Source: Octopus vulgaris (lineage: Eukaryota). Taken from it: a stretch of DNA of 64,000 bases. The DNA lies in NCBI GenBank assembly GCA_951406725.2, contig OX597830.1, positions 48,670,001 to 48,734,000 on the forward strand. Direction: 5' to 3'. Numbering within the stretch: the first letter of the stretch is position 1; each line of letters starts with the position of its first letter. A program made the translations under genes and the position numbers. Shown here one piece after another: positions 15,901 to 29,103 of the stretch. The notes under the pieces are model-generated. The model made no database searches and was not told the origin of the DNA. It was given only the letters and a program-made list of their open reading frames with translations.

Positions 15901-16947
15901 TGTAGATGTATATGTATGTATGAATGTATGTATGTATTATGTATGTATGTATGTATGTATGTATGTATGTATGAATGTATGTATGTATGTATATATGTAT
16001 GTATGCATGTGTGTATGTATGTATGTATGTATGTATGTATGTATTATGTATGTATGCATCACCTGCCTTCGTCTTTTGTCTATTTTCATAAAGCTTCCCG
16101 TTATATATGTATGTATGTATGTATGTATGGATGGATGTATGTATGAATGTATATATGTATTATTTATGTATGTATGAATGTATGTATGTATATATGTATG
16201 TATGTATGTATTATGTATGTATGCATGAATGTATGTATGTATGTATGTATGGATGGATGGATGGATGGATGGATGGATGGATGGATGGATGGATGGATGA
16301 ATGTATATATGTATTATGTATGTATGTATGTATGAATGTATGTATGTATATATGTATGTATGTATGCATGCATGTGTATGTATGTATGTATGAATGTATG
16401 TATGTATGTATTATGTATGTATGTATGAATGCATGTATGTATGTCTGTATGTATGTATGTATGTATGAATGTATGTATGTATGTATTATGTATGTATGTA
16501 TGTATGTATGTATGTCTGTCTGTATGTATGTATGTATGTATGAATGTATGTATGTATGTATTATGTATTATGTATGAATGTATGTATGAATGTATGTATG
16601 TATGTATGTATGTATGTATGTATGTATGTATGTATGTATGCATGTATGAATGCATATATGTATATAAGTACTATGTATGTATGTATGTACGTATATATGT
16701 GTGTATATATTTATATGTATACCTATGTCTATCTGTCTATCTATCTATTTATCTATCTAATTACCTATCAATTTGTGTGTGTGCGCGCGCGCGAGTGTGT
16801 GTGTGGTAAGTGGCTTGTTTACCAGCCACATGGTTCCGGGTTCAGTCTCAATGCATAGCACCTTGGGCAGGTGTCTTCTACTATGGCCTCTTGCCGACCA
16901 AAGCCTTGTGCGTAGATTTGGTAGACGAAAACTGAAAGAAGCCCATC

Positions 16948-17003
<56 letters not shown>

Positions 17004-17012
17004 AAGCCAGCA

Positions 17013-17055
17013 TCCAGAGACTAGTTTCAGAGTTATTGCGCTTCATCAGTCTGGA
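17013..17055 (-). ncRNA. Minimal type I hammerhead ribozyme motif
   Basis: uccaga CUGAUGA agcgcaauaacucu GAAA cuag UC ucugga: 6-bp stem I, GUC site, palindromic ACUAGU stem III, imperfect stem II. Confidence 0.65.
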
Positions 17056-17276
17056 ATAGCTAGGCTTGCGAGCTGTCGATGCTTATTCACGAGAAAGTGA
17101 TGGTTTGTTCAGCCTTCCATTTCCTGGGACTGCCACATTAGGGTTGGTAACAAACCGTCACTTTGTCGTGCTGCTACTGTATAAGTCTCTCTACGACATT
17201 TAGAAATGCAATATTTCTAATTTTGTACATCAGTGAATTTATTTCACTTGGAATTCTATAAGTTTTCAACAGCTAT

Positions 17277-17319
17277 TCCAGACTGATGAAGCGCAATAAC
17301 TCTGAAACTAGTATTTGGA
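17277..17319 (+). ncRNA. Minimal type I hammerhead ribozyme motif
   Basis: uccaga CUGAUGA ... GAAA cuag UA uuugga: stem I with one G.U pair, GUA site. Confidence 0.6.
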
Positions 17320-18004
17320 TGCTGGCTTTGCTGGGTGGAGGTGCTTATCTTCCCTGTTTGAAAACTTAGGGACACAGAACGCTTGTTTCACGTAGCTAAC
17401 TGGAAACAGTGTTTCCTGGGGGTAAATAGCAATAGCATTCTTCCCTTTCCTGGGACTGCAACATTAAGTTAACAACATACCATCACTATATATATATATG
17501 TATGAATTCATAAAAGAATATTAGAATAAAAACCACGATAATGATTTTTATCAAGTAGTCAGCAATTAATACATAAAATTAATAATGTAGATATGTATAT
17601 AATTATTTTTTGCTTTCATGCAGAAATTGGAACCAGTTCACAATTAACGTGAGGTCTTCTTAATTCTCTCTCACTAGCCCGCTTTCAGCCATCTGTATAC
17701 TTAGCTGGAGCTTTTGATAGCTTTCTGAAAGTATCGGCACTTCAAGTATGCTAGAGACAGGTCGTTTTCACCCAAGCTCCCTTGATATAATTATATACAT
17801 ATGTACATTATTATTAATTTTATGTGTGTGTGTGGTGGGGTATACACACACGACGGGTGTCTTTCAGTTTTCCGCTGCCAAATTCACTCACAAAGCTTTG
17901 GCCAGCCCAGGCCTTCGGGGCTATATTAGAAGATACCTGCCCAAGATGCCACATAGGGGGACTGAACTTGGAATTATGTGCTTCAGAAGCAAACTTCTTA
18001 CCGC

Positions 18005-18051
<47 letters not shown>

Positions 18052-18074
18052 TGTGTGTGTGTGTGTTATATATA

Positions 18075-19288
18075 TATATGGGTGACAGGATAAACTACTT
18101 GCATCAACTTGCTATAAAAACAGGTAGTAATTTTACCTTGTGCTTATTCTTAGTGCAAGTTTTGAAGAGTGCAGTTCGAATTTAACAGTTATTTTTTCAA
18201 AGCTATAATGGAAGTGACAAAGGAGCATATTCGGCATATTTTGCTTTATGAGTTCAATAAAGGCAACAACGCAATGGAAAGTGCGAGGAATATTAATGCA
18301 GTATTTGGGGATCGGACAATAAGCGTAAGCCAGTTTCAACAGCGGTTCCAGAAATTCCGAGTAGGAAACTACAGCCTAGAAGACGGGCCTCGTCGTGGAA
18401 GTTCTGTAGAGCTCGACGGGAATGTTCTGCAAACCCTGGTGGAACAAAATCCCATCGTAACTGTAGAGGAACTAGCAGAGAAGCTTGGATTTGGTCATTC
18501 AACCATTCATCGACACTTGCGTGCCATCGGAAAAGTCAGCAAATTGGGTCGATGGGTTCCTCACAAACTCCCCGAGAGTGAATGTATGCTCTTCTTTGTT
18601 GTCAAGTCTCACAAATGAATCTTTCTTGGACTAAATAGTGACTGGTGACAAGAAATGGGTTCTCTATAAATATATCCATCTCCGAAGACAGTGATCAGGG
18701 AAAGGAGAAACACCTGTACCCCAGGCTAGAGAAGGTCTTCACACACGTAAGGTGTTGTTATCTGTTTGGTGGGATATGAAAGGTTTAGTCCACTTTGAAC
18801 TTTTAAACTCAAACCAAACGATAACAAAGGCGATCTACTGCGAGCAGCTTCAGCGGCTTAAGTCAGCATTAGAAGAAAAACAACCATATTTGGTCTCAAG
18901 ACGAAAGGTATTCTTCCATCAGGATAATGCTCGGTCACCTACAGCGGAGATGACATTCCAAGGGTTGGAGCAGTTTGAATGGGAAACGATGCCCCACCCA
19001 CCAATTTTTATAACTGCCCCATCTGATTATCGTTTATTCCGCAATCTTCGAAATCATTTAGACGGAAAAAATATGAATTCTGTAGACGAGGTCAGAACAG
19101 TACTGGAGGAATATTTTTAATCGCAGACAAATGAATTTTGGAAGAGGGGCCTTGCAAGTCTACCAGATAGATGGAAGAGCATTGTAGAAAATGAATGAGA
19201 GTATATTTTAGATTAAAAAAGAATTTTGTTTGTCTTAATTTTGAAAAATAAAAGAAGTATAAAAAATCCGCTTTATTCATGGGTTGAC

Positions 19289-19293
<5 letters not shown>
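18075..19293 (+). mobile_element. Mariner transposon, near full-length, pseudogenised
   Basis: MEVTKEHIRHILLYEF...WVPHKL, VTGDKKWVLY, VWWDMKG, FHQDNA, PHPP..APSDY with stops and frameshifts. Right TIR-like end at ~19265-19293; left TIR decayed. Confidence 0.93.
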
Positions 19294-19340
<47 letters not shown>

Positions 19341-20437
19341 CATACATAATATATATATACATATACATACATACGTACATATACTCACTCATATCTACAC
19401 ACATACAGCCATACATACATACATACATACATACATACATACATACATACATACATACATAGTGAACGGGGGAAGGAGAGGGACACATTTCGAAGTAATT
19501 TTTCAGAATGAGATAAAATTAAACATGGACATTTTGCTATGACAAATGTCTTTATTTCTACGTCTAGTTTCACGAGGAACTTAAATAATTGATGAATTCA
19601 TTAATTTTATTGGTTAATCAAATGAAAATTACTATGAAATATATTGCGAGTGCCATCGCCGAGATTCTTCCATAGGAAATGTCATCCAGACTTCTTGATA
19701 AATGTAGAACGAAATTGATTCTCTGATTGCACTTTTACTTTCCAGCATTGATGGAGAGCGTATGTATATATTTGTATGTGAGCGTGTGTATATATGTGCA
19801 TGCGTGTATGCGCTTATATTCCAATTATATATTTATTTCTATTTAATTTAATGGTAGCCAGTAATATTTTGTAGTTGTTTGAATATGTGTGTGTGACGTT
19901 GATATCACCTTGTTTGATAACGTGAATGTAGCATATTCTACATAGCACACAAATATATACATATAACTATAGCTAGGGTGAGATATTTACATATAACTAT
20001 ATCTAAGTGTACACAGGAATAAATTTTCTTTTTTAGAATTCGAAATTTCTGTCATCAACCTTTCTATCACCTCACCTTCCTCTTCGTTTGTGTCACTGGG
20101 TGTGTCACTGGCCACCTACGCAGCCGTTTCTTTAACAATGCATTCTTAGTAAAAAAAAAAAAAAAAATTTTTAAACGCCGAACTCATTTCCCTTGGTTAT
20201 TTCTTCTTCTTTCCCATTTCCTTTGATCTCGATTTTGCATCAAACTTTGTTCCAAAAGTGCATTTCCCTCACTCTTCACTTCCCACCTCATCGCTCACTT
20301 CGCATGCTACCCCCATCGCTTCTCAATCTCTAATGACCCTAAGTCTCTTAATTCAGTAAGTTACTGAATGTTTAATACACACTGAATACAACATTCACAG
20401 ACCGTTCGATGGAGATTTGATGCAGTTCATACATATA

Positions 20438-20930
20438 TCTATTTCTTTACTGCCCACAAGGGGCTAAACGTAGAGGGGAGAAACAAGGACAGACAAACGG
20501 ATTAAGTCGATTACATCGACCCCAGTGTGTAACTGGTACTTAATTTATCGACCCCGAAAGGATGAAAGGCAAAGTCGACCTCGGCGGAATTTGAACTCAG
20601 AACGTAACGGCAGACGAAATACGGCTACGCATTTCGCCCGGCGTGCTAACGTTTCTGCCAGCTCACCGCCTTATACATATATCGGTTACCTTTCTGGCAA
20701 ATTGGTAACACACTGAGTCAGTATTAAATGGCGAACTAGCGGGGCAAGCTGGCAGAATCGTTACTGTGCGGGGCAAAATGCTTAGCAGTATTTCGTCCGT
20801 CTTTACGTTCTGAGTTCAAATTCCGAGGTCGACTTTGCCTTTCATCCTTTCGGGGTCTATAAATAAGTAGCAGTTAAGTACTTAGGTTGATTTAATTGAC
20901 TTACCTCCACCTCAGAAATTGCTGTCCTTG
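20438..20930. mobile_element. Two SINE A copies head-to-head (20438-20671 minus; 20740-20930 plus)
   Basis: Family A motifs in opposite orientations about 70 bp apart. Confidence 0.85.
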
Positions 20931-21116
20931 TATGTGAAGTCAATGGAAAACCAATTTTACTGCTGAGCACTTCTACGGGGCCTAGAAATAGGCAATATCA
21001 ACCAGGGTGTGGATGCAAGCGCAAAGAGAAGTATAAGTAACGTTTACTTTACTTTACAAGTGGTACTTTTAAATCTTGCCATGGGGGGGGGGGGGAAGCT
21101 CGCACTAAAGAATTCT

Positions 21117-21710
21117 TATTTCTTTATTGCCCACAAAGAGCTAAATATAGAGGGGACAAACAAGGACAGACAAAGGGATTAAGCCGATTACATCGACCCC
21201 ACTGCATAACTGTTACTTAATTTATCGACCCCGAAGGGATGAAAGGCAAAGTCGACCTCGGCAGAATTTGAACTCAGAACGTAACGGCAGACGAAATACC
21301 TATTTCTTTACTACCCACAAGGGGCTAAACACAGAGGGGACAAACAAGGACAGACAAACGGATTAAGTCGATTACATCGACCCCACTGCATAACTGTTAC
21401 TTAATTTATCGACCCCGAAGGGATGAAAGGCAAAGTCGACCTCGGCAGAATTTGAACTCAGAACGTAACGGCAGACGAAATACCTATTTCTTTACTACCC
21501 ACAAGGGGCTAAACACAGAGGGGACAAATAAGGACAGACAAACGGATTAAGTCGATTACATCGACCCCACTGCATAACTGTTACTTAATTTATCGACCCC
21601 GAAAGGATGAAAGGCAAAGTCGATCTCGGCGGAATTTGAACTCAGAACGTAAAGACAGACGAAATACGGCTACGCATTTCGCCCGGCGTGCTAACGTTTC
21701 TGCCAGCTCG
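21117..21710 (-). mobile_element. SINE A with triplicated 184-bp body
   Basis: Units start at 21117, 21301 and 21485; a single head at ~21710. Confidence 0.9.
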
Positions 21711-22080
21711 CACTCGAGAATTCTGCCCCGGATGAGTCGTGTCGCACGAAGCAATGAATATTAAAATGAAATGAAAGAGTAAATTGACTTACAAGTATCT
21801 CATAGAAGAGGCACCAATTACAGCGAAGATTAGTTTCATTATAGTGAACTTTATCAGATTTGAAACATTACTTCACTGTATATTACAGTATATTAAATAT
21901 CCTTACATCACATTTATCTTTTTGGCTTTTACGTCCGTGATAGTGATGCAAAATTACTAATAAAGTGCACCTTACCTCACTATTTATCTCCCTAGCGCCT
22001 TAACTCTGTATTTATCTCCTTAGTACACGTTCTCACTTTACTCATAATTTCAGTATTATTGAACGGAAAATATTGTTTTA

Positions 22081-22461
22081 TCTCTCTATATATAAACGGC
22101 AGTTTGTCTGTGCGTGTTTCTGTGTGTCTGTTTTCTCGTACCTCACCCTACCACGGCTTTCAACCGATTCTGATGAAACTTGACACACGCATAGCCCAAT
22201 GTCATAATTCAAAACTAACGCAGCGAAAATTTTGAAAAGTTCCCCCAGTTCTGAAAAAATCGATAAATTCGACATGGGGTCGAGAATAAAAAAACAAAAA
22301 CCACAGACTGTCTAGGGGACGCAACTCAACCTTTTTTACTCTCAAAAAAATTTACCATAATTTTTTTTCCATTTTTTTGCTATTTTTTGGCTATAACTCT
22401 CTAAAGATGCTTTATAGTTATTTCCCTTACAAACCTGAGCAACGCCGGGCGATACTGCTAG
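22081..22461 (+). mobile_element. Non-autonomous Helitron
   Basis: a|TCtctctatatataaa 5' end; subterminal hairpin cctgagcaacgccggg; CTAG|t 3' end; A^T target, no TSD. Confidence 0.85.
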
Positions 22462-22479
22462 TATAACTATATAACTATA

Positions 22480-22537
<58 letters not shown>

Positions 22538-22709
22538 TATATAGTTATATTGCTGGAATTATAATTGGTGAAAAGGATATTTATTGCACCTGGCATTTAA
22601 AGTTAAATAGAAAACATAAAGACGGTTGTATTGCAGAATAAATTGACAAATGTTAAAAGAATTAGTTATCTTAATATATTTTATATATAAATGAAATATA
22701 ACAACTGAG

Positions 22710-23008
<299 letters not shown>

Positions 23009-23024
23009 TTGGACATATCAATGT

Positions 23025-23252
23025 TGGCGGCGAGCTGGCAGAAACGTTTGCACAGCTGGCGAAATGCCTGGCGGTATTTCGTTTGCCGCTACGTTCTGAG
23101 TTCAAATTCCGCCGAGGTCGACTTTGCCTTTCATCCTTTCGGGGTCGATTAAATAAGTACCAGTTCCGCACTGGAGTCGATGTAATCGACTTAATCTGTT
23201 TGTCTGTCCTTGTTTGTCCTCTCTGTGTTTAGCCCCTTGTGGGTAGTAAAGA
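23025..23252 (+). mobile_element. SINE family A
   Basis: Full head, core and tail. Confidence 0.88.
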
Positions 23253-23289
23253 AAAGAAAAGGAAAAAAAATATTGTAGCGTACAGTTTT

Positions 23290-23560
23290 TCATGTTTCAG
23301 GTTGTCCAGTTATCAGACATCCTCTCCCAGGCGGCTCAGCCGGGTTTGACCAATCTTGAGTAGTTTGCTCTACCCCGCACATGACTGACTTCTCCTGATC
23401 TACAGCCTTCTTGAAGTGACTTTGGCTGCTTCGGTAGCCAGCTTGATGACCTTCCTCTTATTAACCCCTCTGATTGCCATTATCTGATGGTCATTATCTC
23501 TAATTAACCCCTCTGATGGCCATTATCTGGTAGGCTCTGAAGAGGGACTGAAAGATGAAC
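23290..23560 (-). mobile_element. HERO-like RLE LINE 3' fragment
   Basis: Minus translation QSLFRAYQIMAIRGVN-KRKVIKLATEAAKVTSRRL*IRR resembles the HERO C-terminus; contains an internal ~40-bp duplication. Confidence 0.5.
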
Positions 23561-24109
23561 TCTCCGCATACCACCTCAAAGAGAATCATAACTTGCTGGA
23601 CACCCGTTGTTTTATACACCAATCTACGATCTGAATGCTGCTGCATCTTACCAAAGGTTTCATCCTCCTTATCTTGAACTAGGACGTGAAACTGTTACAG
23701 CTTAGTAGTTAAAGGCTCACTACTCTTCTCTGTTTGTTCGACTATACTCTTCACCGCAGTTCTCTAGCATAGCTGCCGCCTAATGATTGGAGAAAGTACA
23801 AGATAAACGATAGTAACGGTTGGCATACGACTTAATCTTTCCTTCGTCAACAGGGTCCTACAAACTTCAGTCTGCGTAGTTTGACGGTTTCTGTAAATAG
23901 CATATTTCCAACTGATGAAACGTAGTGACGCAAAAACCCGTGTCCATGTCTCACCTTTCCATGACGTTATTTATCACACAGTTTGTTCTGTTTTTACTCA
24001 CAATGTCTATCTAAGAATTTTCTCTTCTGTGACAGTTACTGTAGCGAAGGACTTTCCACGTTCGAGTGTATACGAAGGTGTTAAATACAAATATACACAA
24101 CTTTATTAT

Positions 24110-24295
24110 ATAATAGGGGAGAATTCGCGAAAAAAAAAACAAAAGAAGACAGGTGGTGTAAAAAACAAACAGATGTATTAGTATAACGCTCAGCAATAGA
24201 AAAAGTCTTTTACATTTCGAGCCTACGCTCTTCTACAGAAAAGGACACAGAAAAAAAAAAAACAAGGCGAGAAACAAGGAGAGAAAAATATAATA
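24110..24295 (-). mobile_element. PLE pLTR fragment, hammerhead-like CUGUAGA motif
   Basis: Minus ttttCTGTAGAagagcgtaggctcGAAAtgtAaaa; same family as 43153. Confidence 0.55.
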
Positions 24296-25324
24296 CACTG
24301 TTTTACAAATATTGCTCTCAAGAAACGTTCTTCGCTCTCTTTAATGTGTTGATATATGCTCCATTTTGTCTGCTTTTTATTTTTACGTAAATGTCCCAAT
24401 CCATCAACAAATGCGCACGCATGCGTACATGATGGCTCGAAACTTGTAGATATGCATAACCATCGTTGATAAATTATGTCATTCCAAATGTTAAACACGA
24501 TGACTGTCAGCTTTAAGCCAGGAGCAGCTTACACAGCACCGCTAAGATTCTCACCTGCAAAGTCCGTTATCTAAAAACAAGCAAGAACAAAATATCCAGC
24601 ATCGCAATGAGGTGGGTGTAATTTCGAAATTTTTTTCTTTTTTTCCTAACGAGATATCTAGATAAAGAGGTCTCTCACTCCCGTTTGTTGAATAATGGCT
24701 GTTGAGTCTACTAAATTCATCCATCTTTTGACAGGTTTTGTTTTTCGTCCATTAGGGTGTCCGATGCAAAACGACCTCCTAACCAAGCAGCCTTCGTAGG
24801 GTTTCAGGGTTGGTCGCCCACAGCCCGACCATGCAACAGAATGGACTGGGTTACATGTTACCAATAGCGCAAAGAGTGATCTAACACACTGACATCTCAA
24901 AAATAGACACCATTTTCGAAAGATTTATTCTAGAAACAAAATAATGTCATTTGGTGCATTTTAATTATTAATCCAGCATTTAGCAGACGTGCTTTGTGCA
25001 GTTTTTAATGACTAAACCCATTTGAGCATCGTACTAATGCGTAGTGTCGGCACGGATAAAACGATATTATGCGGTGGTGTCTTATTTATTATTGAGATCT
25101 CTGTATGCATACAATACAAGGTGGAAGTCGACTTATGACCGAGTAAAATCATTTCTTAAACACATTTTACTCTAAGAAACACCTCACGTTTGGTCGCCCC
25201 ATCCCTGATAGCGCCTCATGTATTTCTTAAGGCTTGCAAGTTTGTTACGAGTCATGTTACATCTAAATACCCTCGTCGTCGTAACCGACGGAGTGCTTCC
25301 AACAAAAAAAACCAACATCTAAAT

Positions 25325-25543
25325 AAGAGATTCTCAACCATTTTTATCTCTTTGCCTATGGAACCCTTTGATTCCTATTTTACTCAGGGCTTGGACCCTC
25401 AGAGCTGTTGGATATCTAAATATTATTAGGAATTGTATTAAAAAAAAATATTTAAATATTCTGTATAAATTTAGAAATATAACCAGTTTATTGCACAAAT
25501 TTTAACAAAAAAATCGCCTATGAAACCCGGTTGCGAGCCACTG
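25325..25543. mobile_element. hAT MITE, same family
   Basis: gattctcaacc...gcctatggaaccctttgatt shared with 63438; right TIR ggttgcgagccactg; imperfect 8-bp TSD. Confidence 0.65.
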
Positions 25544-25861
25544 ATTTAATTGTTAGGATTTACAATTCCCAGTAAGTCCACTTGCCAACCCACATAAGTT
25601 GCTTACACAAGGTGCACGAGAGGTCATTCCGGATACCACACTGGTAGATGGAGACTCCTCCGTAACTACGCTTGTTGTTGAGTAAGCCTACCACTGAGAA
25701 GCAGATATGACCACACTGGTCTCACACATGTACATACATGAGTGGGCGTGCAATCCATTATTATCTAGTGGTCAGTCCAGTAGATAATTCTTTATCTTGC
25801 TTGAATCTTTGTACCCACAATTCCAGGTATTTAAAGTCATAATATATAATGATTTTTAAGG

Positions 25862-26418
25862 CTGCAGAAACGTTAGCACGCCGGGCTAAATGCTTAGCAG
25901 TATTTCGTCTGACGTTACGTTCTGAGTTCAAATTCCGCCGAGGTCGACTTGCCTTACATCCTTTTGAGGTCGATAAATTAAGTACCAGTTACGCACTGGA
26001 GTCGATGTAATCGACTTAATCCCTTTGTCTGTCCTTGTTTGTTCTCTCTGTGTTTAGTCCCTTGTGGGTAGTAAAGAAATAGGTATTTCGTCTGCCGTTA
26101 CGTTCTGAGTTCAAATTCCGCCGAGGTCGACTTTGCTTTTCATCCTTTCGGGGTCGATTAAATAAGTTACGCACTGGGGTCGATAAAACCGACTTTTTCC
26201 GTTTGTCTGTCCTTGTTTGTCCCCTCTGTGTTTAGTCCCTTGTGGGTTGTAAAGAAATAGGTATTTCGCCTGTCTTTACGTTCTAAGTTCAAATTCTCCT
26301 GAGGTCGACTTTGCTTTTCGGGGGTTGATAAATTAAGTACCAGTTGCGTACTGGGTTCGATCTAATCGACTAGCTCCGTCCCCAAAAATTTCGGTCCTTG
26401 CGCTTAGAGTAGAAATGA
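25862..26418 (+). mobile_element. SINE A with triplicated body
   Basis: gtatttcg units at ~25900, ~26083 and ~26261. Confidence 0.88.
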
Positions 26419-26861
26419 ATGTATAATGATTTTAGTAGCTTTGCAGAAAAAGCCACTATTTTACGGTCGGAAATTCGATGAAGCTTTCTTTGATGCATTC
26501 TCTTCTCCTGTTCGAAATCCAATTTCTATTAGGTGCATTTCTTTTTAGAATCCGTCATAAATATTATTCTAGCTATTAAACAGAGAATAAGATTTGCATT
26601 TTCTCATCTAATGGAATCATTTTGAAGATCAGGGAGAAAAATAAATAAATGAATAAATAAATAAATAAATAAATATACAATAGGAGATTGTTAAAGGAAA
26701 TTTATAACGTTCATAAACTTAGAATAAATTACTTTTTGCAGTGTATTTGTCATCGCGATAAGTTATTAAAATTATAAAGGACACACAATTTCTAGAGACA
26801 GTGTGCGTGCACACATATATATACATGTGTATGTGTGTGTAAATATATATATATGTACGAG

Positions 26862-26900
<39 letters not shown>

Positions 26901-28585
26901 GTATATATATATAGACATACACTGACATGTATATCAATATATATATGTGTGTATGCACGAGCGCACATGTGGAGTTATATAAATATATTGTGTATGTGTC
27001 ATATATATAAAACAGATATCTAAATAATTATAAATGTAATTATATACAGGTAATTACATACATTATAAAGATTCGTGTATATGTATTTATGTTAAAGAAT
27101 AAAATTTATATATGTGCTATGTATGTATTTGTTTGTGAGTTTGTATAATACAGGTGCTAAAATATGTATATAAGTAATTATATACGTTTTATATGTGTGC
27201 ATGTGTGTGTTTGTGAGTGCGTGCGTGTATGTGTGTGTTTGTATATACATAAATATATCTTTTTGTACAAATATGATATATGAATACGCACAGCGCATAC
27301 AAAGGCATATATATTTATACGTGTGTGTGTGTGTGTGTGTGTGTGTATGAGTGTGTATACATATATATAAACATATTTATTTACAAATATAGATATGCAT
27401 GTATGTATGTGTGTGTGCATGTATGTATGTATGTATGTATGTATGTATGTATGTATGTATGTATGTATGTGTGTGTGTATGCATGTATGTATGTATGTGT
27501 GTATGTATGTATGTATGTATGTGTGTATGTATGTATGTATGTATGTATGTATGTATGTATGTATGTATGAGATAGACGCTGAGACATCTTGAATCATAAC
27601 TCTGAATTTCACGTTGGCAGTTACTCAAACGATTGATGTAGAAAGGTAGCGTGGTATATATATATATATATATATAAGCAAACATATTCGTAAACACGTG
27701 ATAAATCATCGAGATTTTATTAATTCTAGACAAAAAAAAATAAATAAAAGAAAGAGGTAGTATTAAAAAATGCATTATTCAATTAACTGCTCAGTTGGTA
27801 TTTGTGAAGCACATAATGGTATTCATCTATGTTATATAGACTGTTTTATATCCACTGTTTTATATAGAAAACACGCAAGACAAGGCAGTGACGACTGCTT
27901 ATAGAATCTTGATGCTGCTTAAAAATTTATTGTTCCTATATGCTTAGGATCTATCAGGATCTAACAGATTCATTCTGGGAAATACGAGTAAGCTATTTCA
28001 GCCAGTTGGTGTTTAAAAATTCCTCAATAAACATCAGTAAATAGAAGTGTCTGCAAGACTTCACCAATTGTGGTCTTTTGTGCATAACTGCAACAATCTA
28101 CGACATGGTGTTGTACTTATCTGAGTTGTAGGGGAAGTTATGTTCTAAAATGGACAAAAATTGTTAATATCACTATCCTTTCAGTTCTAGATATTTTTGG
28201 ACAGCAGAGTGGTAATGAGTCATTTCGAATTCCTGAATATGTACATATGTTGTGAGAATCTTCTTTTAAATGGTGTTTCCAGGAAGTCCTCGTTATTTTT
28301 CTTCTTCCTTGCTATTTGTAAGAGAAAACTTAGTTCGATAAACTTATGCATTAGACATATACTGTTGAGAGAAAAGATACTGGGCTAATTGAATTTACAT
28401 AGTGGACGGTTTTCTTTGATTCATAACGCCATGAAAGCAGTAAAATTATTCGTGCAACCACAGTTTACCTTAATACAATTTTTTATGACAGATTTTAGAA
28501 TACCTGGGATTTAAGAGGAAATGCTTAATTATAAAGTGTAGGGAAAATCCTATTAAGATCGGATCGTTTCCAGTACAATGCTACA

Positions 28586-29050
28586 TACGAGGGTCAGCTG
28601 AAAAGTTTATTGGCTGACCAACATACTCTCATGGAATGTGACCAAATGAGGTTTGGTTTTCTACTCGCTTGTGGTCCACACACTTCTTCCGTTGGTGTTG
28701 CCGTGCATAGATCCCATTGGTGAAGAAGCTTTCATCTTGTTGGTTAGAAAAGACGTCAACAGCAGACATGAGGTCATCACCACTGCCATACTGGTCGCCA
28801 GTCAAGTGTCTTTTCACGTTGGGAACAAATGATAGTTAGATAGCCAAAAATCAAGTGAATGGGGAGGGTGATCAACCAGTTCAAAGCCACAGTCATGCAC
28901 AGCAGCCATTGAAACCAAGGACTTATATGATGAAGTAAGACCCTTTTCGTCAGTTTTCCTGGGTGTTTGATCATGATAGCCCTTCGTGACTGCCTCAGCC
29001 ATTTGGCACAATACTCTCCATTGATGGTGTGGCTCTTTTGAAGATAGTCC
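28586..29050 (-). mobile_element. Mariner 3' fragment with TIR (different subfamily)
   Basis: DYLQK.HTINGEY...HPGKLTK; GFELVDHPPHS.D...NYHLFP. Terminus tacgagggtcagctgaaaagt. Confidence 0.8.
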
Positions 29051-29103
29051 AGCATGGTGCTCCAGCATGACCGCAGTCAAATGACTGAAACAAGTAGAAG
29101 AGT

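Larger units (their letters stand above)
17002..17488. mobile_element. PLE terminus: inverted plus partially tandem pLTR in (TA)n
   Basis: 60-bp inverted repeat 17002-17061 / 17271-17330 containing hammerhead motifs; diverged direct repeat ttcctgggactgc at ~17121 and ~17447; TA runs on both sides. Confidence 0.7.

Noticed and set aside
18169-19120. Functional or domesticated transposase (SETMAR-like)
   Set aside because: Stops, frameshifts and altered catalytic-region motifs; no SET exon seen.
23912-23945. Hammerhead (CTGATGA...)
   Set aside because: GAAA is mutated and the stems are broken; at most a decayed PLE remnant.
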